Source: Eledone cirrhosa (lineage: Eukaryota). Taken from it: DNA of 64,000 nt. The stretch spans positions 61,504,001-61,568,000 of the forward strand of contig OZ024740.1 of the NCBI GenBank assembly GCA_964016885.1. Reading direction: 5' to 3'. This document shows, one piece after another, positions 52,833-64,000 of this stretch (position 1 is the first letter of the stretch; the number at the start of each line of letters is the position of its first letter). The position numbers and the translations under genes are program-made. A model generated the notes under the pieces. That model searched no databases, was not told the origin of the DNA, and saw only the letters and a program-made list of their open reading frames with translations.

Positions 52833-55800
52833 ATGATGGCTGCCCCCTCGTTATCGAGTATGGCCATTGCACGAGGAGAAAGAAAAAAAAAAAATAATAA
52901 TAATAACAACGACAACAACAATAATAATATACATATACATATACACACACACACGCATAAGCATATCTACACACACACACACACAATAGCAACTAACAGC
53001 GCTGCGATCGAATGTGGCTTTTTAGCCCAGCCAATGATCTAAAATGTCTTGCACAGAGTCGGCAACCAAAACATTCACTGGGAATAGTCGGCTGTGGTTG
53101 GAGTTCGTGTACTTTTGCATGTCGCTTGAGCCCTCCTGCTGATTTACATTCTCTACCACATGTTTGGCAAGCATGATGAGTAGCATCTCCAACAGCAGCC
53201 TGGTAGTCAACCACTGGTCTTACATTATGACTGCGAAGATGACTTTCGAGTCCAGCTTTGCTTAGGCAGAGTCTCGCATATACGCTGCATGTCAGCACCA
53301 GAGGAGGACCCTCGCCGTCTAGAAGTGCAACAGCAATGCCCTTCCTCACATCCCGCTTTACTTTCTCGTATGCAATTCGAGATGCCTCAAAGGCAACTTT
53401 TCCCTCATATACAGTCTTTCTCCATTTATTACGATCAGCAGCAATATTCTCCCATGTATCAGCAGAGATGTTAGCGTCTTTCAGAGAAGCTTTCAAGGAA
53501 TCCTTATACCTCTTTTTTGGTTTATGTGGCGGTCGTTTTCCTTTAACCAACTCTCCATAAAAGAGTTGTTTTGGTATTCTAGAATCCTTCATCCTGGCAA
53601 GGTGACCACTCCAACGGAGTCGCTGCTTAAGCACAAGAGCTTCTATACTGTCACACATAGAGCTTTCCAAAATCTCGACATCACTGATGTGGTCCCTCCA
53701 GTGAACGCCATGGATCCGTCTGAGACACATCTGATGGAAACGCTCCAATTGCTTAAGGTGGTGTCGATATGTGACCCAGGTCTCGCAGGCATAAAGAAGA
53801 CAAGAGAGCACACATGCCCTGTACACCCTTACCTTTGTCCTCCTGCATATGTCTCGCCGACCCCAGAGTCGCCTTTCTAGCTTTCCGAAAGCATCACTTG
53901 CTTTCCTAATCCTAAGTGAGATTTCACTGTCACGGTTGCTGTATCGATTGACAGTGCTTCCCAGGTAGACAAACTGATCAACCACTCCAAGTCGTTTGCC
54001 ATACACATAGATGTTTGGTTCAGTGTACTGCTTACCAGGGGCAGGTTGGTACATGACGACGGTTTTCTTGAGACTGACAGTCAGACCTAGGGCAGTGCAA
54101 GCGTCAGAAAATGCATTCAAAATGTGCTGCATATCACTCTCTGTGTGCGCTACAAGATCGCAATCATCTGCATACAAGAGGTCTCTTATGATTGAAGTAA
54201 ATACTTTTGTCTTCGCAGCAAAGCGCCTGATGTTAAATATGCGCAATTCCTGAATGCAATACAGAAAACCATTGCAAAGTATATGGCAAACAGGGTCGGT
54301 GCTGGAATATCCCCCTGTTTCACTCCATTTTTTACTGAGATAGGCTCCGACATGTTACCCCCGACATTAACCCAAGCCTTCATGTCATCATGGAAAGACC
54401 TAACTCAAGCAAGGAAGTTATCAGGGCAACCAAGTTTCTGGAGAACTTTCCATAATGCATCTCTGTTAACAGTGTCGAAAGCTTTTGTCAGATCGACAAA
54501 AACCTGATACAGATCCAAGCCTTGTTCCATGTACTTCTCCTGGAGTTGTCTAGCTGAGAAGATCATATCAGTAGTGCCGCGTCCAGCACGAAAACCAGAT
54601 CGACTCTCGGGAAGAACACAATCTGCAATGTGTGTCAGCAGACGGTCCAGAAGCACCCTACATAAAACTTTCCCTCTGACAGAAAACAATGATATACCTC
54701 TGTAGTTCCCACAATCGTTCCTGTTACCCTTTCCCTTGTACAAGACCACCATTACTGCATCTCTCCAGTCCTCAGGTACGGATTCATTAGCCCATATCCT
54801 GCCAAACAGAGAGTGAAGATGTTGCAGGAGTCTCTCACCACCATATTGTAGGAGCTCTGCATGTATGCCATCCATACCTGGAGATCTTCCACTGTTCAGC
54901 TTCGAGATAGCCACTGCAACCTCCACAAGCGACGGAGGTTCTGCGAGAGCTACTTTCACAGGACTTTCTGGAATGAGATTGAGTAAATCTTCACTGGCGA
55001 CAGACGGCTGATTCAAAAGATCATCAAAGTGCTCTCGCCACCTTCGTAGAATTCCTTGTGAGTCACGAAGAAGTGCTTTGCCATCCTTGCTGCGAAGCGG
55101 TGTCACCAGAGAAGAAGACGGTCCATAAACCTCACGCAAGAGACTGTACAACAGCTTTGTGTTATTGGAATCAGACGCAGTTTGTATCTCACCAGCCTTC
55201 TCACTCCACCACTGATCCTTCATCTGAGAAAGACTCCGCCTAACACGTGATTTTACATCCCTGAGTTCCTCATGCAACGTATTCCTCTCCTGTGGTTTTG
55301 CCGTCAAGTAGCGTGACAGAGCACGCCTCTTATCAGCCAACAAGTCTTCTATATGTACATCATTCTCATCAAACCAGTCCTGATGTTTCCTCTGCGCCAA
55401 TCCCAGAACACGCCTGCCTACATCATAAACCGACTTTTTAAGGGTCGGCCAATCCTCACCAAGATCTGCAGCCTGCATCTCTTCTTCACATTTTTATCCT
55501 TAAGACGAGCAGCATTCAATCTATTGGGCAGGGCAACACCAGGAGCCCGGATTTTACGTTTAGTGATTAGTTTCACTTTTGCGCGTACCAGGCGGTGCTC
55601 CGTCCAGCACTCAGCTCCACGAAGAATACGAACACACTGCACATCATGTCTGTCACGCATCCTGACTAGGACGTAGTCCAAAAGATGCCATTCCTTAGAT
55701 GCAGGATGCATCCATGTGGTCTTGAATTTGTTCTTTTGTTGGAACATGGTGTTGGTAACACACAGATCCAGCTCCTCACACATCTGCAGCAGGAGCATAC

Positions 55801-56840
55801 CATTGCTGTTACACTTTCCCACCCCATGCCTTCCGATTACATTCCATGTGTTAAAATCCCTACCCACTCTAGCATTAAAGTCACCAAGCACGATGACTTT
55901 GTCTGCCTGAGGGATATTTCTTAAAACACCTTTCAAGGCATGGTAAAAGGACACCTTTTCCTCATCGACAGAACTAATAGTGGAGCATACACACTCACCA
56001 GGGTAGCAAATCTTCCCTTGTCCAGCGGAACTCTCATGGACATAAGACGCTCACTAATCCCTACTGGGAATTCTTCTAATTTGTTCACAAGCACAGGCTT
56101 AACAGCTAATCCTACCCCAGCCTCTCTTCTGGTTCTTTCATCTCTTCCTTTCCAGAAGAATGTATATTCTCCACAAAATTCCGTAAGATGACCATCTCCA
56201 GCTAGCCTTGTCTCAGATAAAGCCACGATGTCAAGATCGTAACGTCGAAGCTCCTTTGCAACAAGAGCGGTCATTCGTTCAGGACGCCCCAAGGAATCCC
56301 TGTCAAGCAGCGTCCGTACGTTCCAGCAGCCAAGACTAAATGCTTTGTTTGGCTCTATTACAATGGCACAATGACGAGCGGGCCCAGGCTGTGATAACCT
56401 GGGGCCCCTGCCCTTATTGCCAATGATCTTTTTTGTTCCAGAACCTAAATTGCCAATTATCTCTTTTACATTGTTCTGGAACATCATTGAATTGGGAAAA
56501 AAAACAAAAAAGTAATAATAATAGTAATAATAATAATAATAATAGTAGTACACTATTAATAATTATTAATGCACTCGTGCAATGCCTGTGCGTGACGAAT
56601 ATTTTTAAAGTGAGGAAAGACTGTGCACTGAGCCAATCCCACTCTCTGAGCGACAGTAGCTATAACCCGAAAAGAAGAAAAGATCAACATCATCGGTAAC
56701 TACTGAGCCGCAGATTTTATGCCGGAGTTAACACAGTTTCCTGAGATGCCTTCTCCTAGAAGAATGCCCTGATAAGGGCTAGGGGTTCTTCACTCCCAGT
56801 GGTTTAACTGCGCGATCGGGCATCCAGCCCGATTATTTCT
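52833..56840 (-). mobile_element. near full-length BovB-like RTE with frameshifts and C-terminal C2H2 fingers
   Basis: [77 protein letters not shown]; 3' hairpin 52835-52866 also present at 15311-15345. Confidence 0.9.
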
Positions 56841-56968
56841 AAAAAAAAAAAAAAAAAAAAATCACATTGACACTTATACGTACGACATACACACACGTGC
56901 ATACATTTGCGCGCACACAGCAACACTCATACATACAGACAAACACACACACGCTACTCTACTCACTT

Positions 56969-57021
<53 letters not shown>

Positions 57022-57172
57022 TATATTACTGTCATTACTGATACAAGTTTACAAGATTATGTCAACTGTTGACTTTCAAGAGTTTGTATAGTTGAAGCCG
57101 ATCGTACTACAGTCCAGTATTATTATAATTGCTTTACAGCATAGATATACATATATATATATATATATATAC

Positions 57173-57215
<43 letters not shown>

Positions 57216-57225
57216 AATATATACA

Positions 57226-57291
<66 letters not shown>

Positions 57292-57506
57292 CATATATAT
57301 ATACATATATATACATATATATATACATATATATATACATATATATATGCATATATATATGCATATATATATACATATATATATACATATATATATACAT
57401 ATATATATACATATATATACACATATATATATACATATATATATACATACATATATATACATATATATATACATACATATATATACATATATATACATAC
57501 ATACAT

Positions 57507-57997
57507 ACCTAGAAAAACATGGGATGAGCTGATAAACTCCAACCTCATACACTTACACCTCTCCAAGACAATGTCACTGGACCGTGACCTTTGGCGGTAC
57601 TCAGTAACAGAGAAGACCCGCCTTGCCAGTAGGCATCTCTAACAAACTACACCCCGTCCCGCCACCACCCCCACCCCATCCACACCACCCCGTTCCATGT
57701 AAAGTTATGTTGGTGCCGCGCCATCCAGGCCGAAACAAACGAGATCGTGTAGGTGTCACGACAAAAAAACACACAGTCCACGCTGTAATGTGGCCGTGTA
57801 GGCAACACGGTAAAAACCTCCCAGACCCACACTGTAAATGTGGTTGGTGTTAGGAAGGGCATCCAACTGTAGAAAACCTGCCAGACAGTCCTATGCGAGC
57901 AAGACAATCACTCTTGCCTCAAGTGGGACTACCCCCGTCCAAACCCATGCAAGCGTGGAACACGGACGTTAAACGTTGATGATGATGATGATGATGA
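57507..57997 (+). mobile_element. RTE-B 3' end
   Basis: [11 protein letters not shown]; 3' UTR; (GAT)n. Confidence 0.88.
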
Positions 57998-58144
57998 TAC
58001 ATATATATATATACATATGCATATATATACATATATATATATACATATGCATATATATACATATATATATATACATATATACATATATATATATACATAT
58101 ATATATATATACATATATATATGCATATATATACATATACATAC

Positions 58145-58189
<45 letters not shown>

Positions 58190-58197
58190 CATATATG

Positions 58198-61100
58198 TAG
58201 GAGGTGAGTTTTATTGTAGTACAATAAAGCAATGCAGATATCGGATAAGAAGCACTCTACAGTTTGTGGGACTGGAGTATGCATAATATAAGATCAAAAG
58301 ATGGTTAAAGGAGTTCCATATATTTTATTATGCGCATTTCAAAAACAAACATCATCAAGCAATAATATTTGTGTTTTCATCAGATAAAATAGGAGAACAT
58401 GATATGAAGGCTAAAAAAACACTTGTTGATAGTGCAGTTTTAAATCAACATATGAAAAGTGGTTTTAGATTGATGTGTGATATTGGGAAAAATATTTTAT
58501 TTAGAGAGGGGGGGGGGGGGGGGAGGATGAAAAGGGAAGGAGATGAGAGGGAGAGATCGGTGATAGAGAGAAAGAGATAGTTTTTATAACTGAGAGGAGA
58601 TATATTTTTTACATAGAGGGGTTGAAAACCGTTGGAAGATACTGTATAAATTAAAAATTTTGAAAATTAACGAAGGGAGGATATGTGCGAGGAAAAAATA
58701 TTTTATTTAGGGAGGGGGGGGGGGTGAAAAAAAAGGGGGGAGGAGATGAGAGTGAAGGTGGAGAGGGAGAGATGGGTGATAGAGAGAAAGAGATAGTTTT
58801 TATAACTGAGAAAAAGATATATTGTTTTAATATAGAGAGGTTGGGAACCGTTGGAAGATAATGTATAAATTAAAGGAATTTGAAAATTAACGAAGGGAAA
58901 TTATGTATGAAGATAGAGAGAAAAAAATAATAATTGTGGGTGAATATTCTAACGTCAAAAGAAGAAATGTATGTATTGTGGCAATTTCAAAATTAGCGAA
59001 GAGAAAAATTGTTAAGGTTTGTGTGTAGAAGGATTTGAGAAAAATAATGTGAAGTTAAAGTTTGTATATTGAATTGATATGTATTAATAATGAGTTCGTT
59101 GATGGGGAGAAAAAAATAATAATAAATTAAGGATGAAATTGAGATTAAAAAGATTTATGATAGAGAGAAAAAATAATAATGATTGCGGATGAATATTCAA
59201 AATGTCAAAAACAAATATTATTTTACGAGAAGATAGAATGAGGGTAATGAGTAAACGAGTATTATAGAGTGTATAATGCCCTTTAAAGTAAGGTAGATGG
59301 GTATATTTTAAAGAGGTGTATGTATATGTGCCTTTGAGAAAAGATTCTAAATTGATAAAGAATTGAATATTAACTGTATACTTTGTGAAAAGTTCTATGG
59401 AATTTATGCAGGCAGATAGAAAACAAATCTGAGCGTCTATTTATTATAGATTCTAGGTTAGAGATAATGGTAAATTTTTCATTTAGGCAAAGATTACAGA
59501 TTTTAGATAGAGAGCTGTTCAAGTATGAGGATGCAGAAGAAATCTTTTTCCAAAAGATGTTATATTTAATGTTTTTGTCTTTTAAGGACCATATGAGTTC
59601 TGAGAGAGCAGTGTTAGTTCTTTTAAGTTTGTATTTGAAAGATGAATGATGATTATAGAGACGAGCTTTAAAAGAGGTGGAAGTGGAGCCAAAATAGGTG
59701 AAGGAATTGGTGCTAGTTATAATTTTACATTCATAAATTAAGTTTTTATCGAGGCAATGGTTGTTGAGAGGACATTTATTTTTAATGCGGCAGTTGCAAT
59801 TAGAGAGATTATTAATGAGTGATCTAGTGTTATCTATAGAAGGAATTGGATTGGAGAAGTTGTTTGCGATAGGAATAATAGGAATAATAGTTTCTTGATT
59901 TAGAGTTGGATTATGAACATTTAGCGAAGTTGTGTTTGACGTTGTATTTGGGTTTACAGAAGTTTGCCTAGGGTTTACAATGACGTCGGGAGTACTATTA
60001 CTGTTATTATGAAATTCAATAATGCTCTATCTTTCGCACTTAAATATTCTGACATCACCACAGATGAACTTCACATTATCCTCACCGCACGTAAAACCAT
60101 CCTAGAGTTCAACAACGAATATTGGACCAGAGCCGATACCTCTAACAACTTCGACATCACAATGGGAGCATCCGATTCATCCCAATTGACTGATTTAATT
60201 GGTATCTTCATTTTGAACTCTTTGAGTCGGAAAATTCCTCAACTTCGCGGTGGAATTTATCGTGACGATGGACTCTTTACTATCCTAAATTGCAATATAG
60301 TTAAACTTAATATTATTAAGAACAATATACGTAATCTCTTTAACCAACATAACCTAAAAATTGAATTTGATAATAGTATCAAACTAGCTAATTTCTTGGA
60401 TGTATCTCTTAATCTTGACACTGGCCTATATTACCCTTACCATAAAAACAATGAGAATCTTAATTATGTTAACTTTAAATCTAACCATCCTACCAATATC
60501 AAGAATGCTATAGTTAATAATATTGGAAATAGAATATCTAACATATCTTCAAATAAAAACATCTTTGATGCTAACGCCAATTACTATAATAACGCACTTT
60601 CTAAAGCCGGCTATCCAGATAAAATCAAATATAATAAAGAAACAAATTCTAGGAAAACTTACAGTAGAATAATTAATCATGACCATTCCAATAATTTTAA
60701 TAAAAGACCTAGATACAAAAACATAATCTGGTATAATGCTCCTTTCTCCATCTCTATTAATAACAATATTCCTAAATTATTTTTTAGTGCCTTAAATAAA
60801 TGCTTCCCTCCCTCACATATCTATAGTAAAATATTTAACAAACACACCATCAAATTTTCGTATTCTACATCCTCCAATATTTCCAACATCATCTCTAAAC
60901 ACAACAACAAAATATTAAATACTAAATCTCTTCCTTCCAATATTGAATACTAAATCTCTTCCTTCCAATATTGAATTTCATACATATATGTATATATATA
61001 CATACATATATATATACATACATATATATATACATACATATATATATACATACATATATATATACATACATATACATATATATACATATATATACATACA

Positions 61101-61168
<68 letters not shown>

Positions 61169-61817
61169 CATTTACCATTATCTCTAACCTAGAATCTATA
61201 ATAAATAGACGCTCAGATTTGTTTTCTATCTGCCTGCATAAATTCCATAGAACTTTTCACAAAGTATACAGTTAATATTCAATTCTTTATCAATTTAGAA
61301 TCTTTTCTCAAAGGCACATATACATACACCTCTTTAAAATATACCCATCTACCTTACTTTAAAGGGCATTATACACTCTATAATACTCGTTTACTCATTA
61401 CCCTCATTCTATCTTCTCGTAAAATAATATTTGTTTTTGACATTTTGAATATTCATCCGCAATCATTATTATTTTTTCTCTCTATCATAAATCTTTTTAA
61501 TCTCAATTTCATCCTTAATTTATTATTATTTTTTTCTCCCCATCAACGAACTCATTATTAATACATATCAATTCAATATACAAACTTTAACTTCACATTA
61601 TTTTTCTCAAATCCTTCTACACACAAACCTTAACAATTTTTCTCTTCGCTAATTTTGAAATTGCCACAATACATACATTTCTTCTTTTGACGTTAGAATA
61701 TTCACCCACAATTATTATTTTTTTCTCTCTATCTTCATACATAATTTCCCTTCGTTAATTTTCAAATTCCTTTAATTTATACATTATCTTCCAACGGTTC
61801 CCAACCTCTCTATATTA
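58198..61817. mobile_element. Penelope-like element family 3: minus arm (endonuclease + 3' region, ~58198-59970) and plus arm (RT ~59990-60976; 3' piece 61171-61817)
   Basis: Minus 59370-59800 reads CNCRIKNKCPLNNHCL..IYEC..YFGST..FKARLYNH..CNLC..ICLHK; plus FDITMG..GGIYRDDGL..FLDV; 61171-61817 is rc of ~58828-59474. Confidence 0.88.
58321..58391 (-). ncRNA. minimal type I hammerhead ribozyme
   Basis: 8-bp stem I UAUUUUAU/AUAAAAUA, CUGAUGA, ~16-bp stem II, GAA-AUGCGCAU (palindrome)-A. Confidence 0.85.
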
Positions 61818-62017
61818 NNNNNNNNNNNNNNNNNNNNNNNNNNNNNNNNNNNNNNNNNNNNNNNNNNNNNNNNNNNNNNNNNNNNNNNNNNNNNNNNNNN
61901 NNNNNNNNNNNNNNNNNNNNNNNNNNNNNNNNNNNNNNNNNNNNNNNNNNNNNNNNNNNNNNNNNNNNNNNNNNNNNNNNNNNNNNNNNNNNNNNNNNNN
62001 NNNNNNNNNNNNNNNNN
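61818..62017. other. assembly gap (200 N)
   Basis: N run. Confidence 1.
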
Positions 62018-62133
62018 TCTCTGTATGTCTGGCTGTCTGCATTATGAAAACCATTCTGTTCATTGACTTCGCTATCTCTGTGTGTGTGTGTGTATATGTA
62101 TATATAGTGTGTGTATATATATATATATATATA

Positions 62134-62191
<58 letters not shown>

Positions 62192-62287
62192 TTTGTATCA
62201 TAAATAAGAGACAGTTTAATTTGTATATTTTATCACAGCATTCCTTTATACGTATATATATACATACATAAACATGTTATTTGCAGT

Positions 62288-62747
62288 TGTAGCAAGAGTT
62301 GCCTCCCTTGTCATGACAATCTCATCACCGCTCTCTAGACAGGAAGTAGCTGGAGTTGCTTCCCTTTGGGGTTGACAGACTCCCTGTTGGTCACTTCCGG
62401 TCAGACCCTATAAAAGGAACAGGTCAGGACAATCTTTCTCTCTCGCCTCCTGAAATCCAAAGTGGTAACACCTGCGACCTTAGCATGAAATGATTCCTTT
62501 CTCATAATCCTTCGCCACCAAGAAGAATGCAACATGCAGCCTAAGAGCCTATGAAGATGTTAACACCAGCTAGAAAAGATCTCTCCTTTTCTCTACACAC
62601 TTCAGCCTGGAGTTGTGATCCATGGGTAACGATTCATTTATATTAATACCTTTGACTTCTATGAAGTAAAAACATTATCACAACACACACCGGCATTTAC
62701 TGCCTTTTGTAATAATTTTATATGTACACCGATACTAATCTCCTAAA
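62288..62747 (+). mobile_element. putative 5' LTR of a Ty3/Gypsy element
   Basis: Starts TGTAG, TATAAAA at ~62408, ends just before the PBS (terminal CA not conserved). Confidence 0.55.
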
Positions 62748-62748
62748 G

Positions 62749-62770
62749 TGGTGACCCCCCGACGTGATTT
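62749..62770 (+). promoter_or_regulatory. primer-binding site complementary to tRNA-Trp 3' end
   Basis: TGGTGACCCC(CC)GACGTGATTT. Confidence 0.8.
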
Positions 62771-63190
62771 AAAAAAAAAAAAAAAAAATGGGAAACGGTG
62801 TATATAGAAAAATAAAAAAAAATAACAATTTAATACAAAACGAACACCTACAGTTATTGACACACAAACAAACAGCAATTGTATGAATGTTTTTGCCTTT
62901 TTTTTCTCTCCTTTTCTGCCCTTATCTTCTCTGGCTAAAAATTTTTGAGTCTCTCTTCTCCATCATTAGTGTTTTTGGCGCGAAATAGTCCGCCATGTTG
63001 GATTTTTTTAAAAGTTCCTTGCCCTTATCTTAGTAATAACAGCATTCACTTAATCGCTTCTTTGCATATTGTCCCGGATGCATTATTTTTCCGGTCCAGT
63101 GGTTTGATAGGGAAAAATAAACGATTTTGTTTTCCTTCTCTGTTGCATTAGAGACATTTTTCCAAACGGTAAATTGCCTACGGTATACCA

Positions 63191-63985
63191 ATGGCTTCCC
63201 ACTCTGTTCTGCCAACGTACACGGGCGACGTAAGGCTATGGTTCGCCCAGCTAGAAGCATTCTTCAAAGCGAACAGAGTTGACGAGGAACTACAACGTTC
63301 TGTGATTCTTAGCGCAATTCCGCCGGCAATTCTCCCAGCGATTAAGGACCTGGTGTTAGAGACACCCACAAACTCGTCGTACACGTCTCTGAAGGCTGAA
63401 ATACTCAGCCGGACAGAACAGTCTTCAGAAAAAAGATTTAGGGCTTTGGTTCATCTGGAGCATATAGGGGATGGCACCCCATCGAACCTCCTAAGGCGAA
63501 TGAAGGACCTAACGGAGGGGTCGGTAGCGGAAACTGCCCTGCTGAAGCAGTTGTTCTTCTCGCGCCTGCCGACCAACGTACAGGCAATTTTGGCCCCCAT
63601 GAGGGATACAAGCACGATGGATCAGCTTGCCTCATCTGCGGACAAAGTTTTCGAGGTGACGAATGCCGGAGGCAGCGACCCCCTTGCCGCTGTTCACCAC
63701 CCAGTTCAGGCCACACACGGCCATGCGATCTACGCGGCAGCGCCAATAGACAGCTCGACCATTATAGCGATGGAAAGGTACATTCAGGAACTCACCATAG
63801 AGCTGAACAAGATGAAGGCCTTGTGTGGTGCCGGTTCGCGCCCCCGCAGTCGCGGGAGATCGCAAAGTTTTAGACGGCGTTCTAAATCACCAGCTTCATC
63901 TTTATGCTGGTACCACGAGCGATTTGCTGAGAACGCGAATCACTGCGTGCAACCTTGCTCCTTTCATAAGGCGGCAAACGCCTAA
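63191..63985 (+). CDS. Ty3/Gypsy Gag-like protein
   Basis: RLWFAQLEAFF, LFFSRLPTNVQAIL, LASSADKV, C-terminal CWYH..F...A..C..PC knuckle; downstream of the PBS. Confidence 0.85.
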   Translation: MASHSVLPTYTGDVRLWFAQLEAFFKANRVDEELQRSVILSAIPPAILPAIKDLVLETPTNSSYTSLKAEILSRTEQSSEKRFRALVHLEHIGDGTPSNLLRRMKDLTEGSVAETALLKQLFFSRLPTNVQAILAPMRDTSTMDQLASSADKVFEVTNAGGSDPLAAVHHPVQATHGHAIYAAAPIDSSTIIAMERYIQELTIELNKMKALCGAGSRPRSRGRSQSFRRRSKSPASSLCWYHERFAENANHCVQPCSFHKAANA

Positions 63986-64000
63986 GAGGTTCTCTGATGG

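Overview
Repeat-dense eukaryotic (animal) DNA with no recognisable host gene. The mix of TA/CA microsatellites, RTE LINEs and tRNA-SINEs is consistent with a coleoid cephalopod, but that is an inference. The window holds nested and truncated RTE-clade LINEs (three PHD-finger families labelled A, B, C here, plus BovB-like and other RTEs), four Penelope-like element (PLE) families with inverted termini and minimal hammerhead ribozymes, a Chapaev-like transposase, a CR1-like fragment, SINEs, the 5' end of a Ty3/Gypsy element and a 200-N gap. The main highlight is a young, intact RTE-A (ORF 8965-12084) whose 5' end carries a ~6.6-kb array of near-identical ~508/~678-bp monomers. The whole 10.26-kb unit (2126-12382) is bracketed by a 7-bp duplication (ACTTAGC) and splits an older RTE-C in mid-RT motif, so the array lies inside the insertion.
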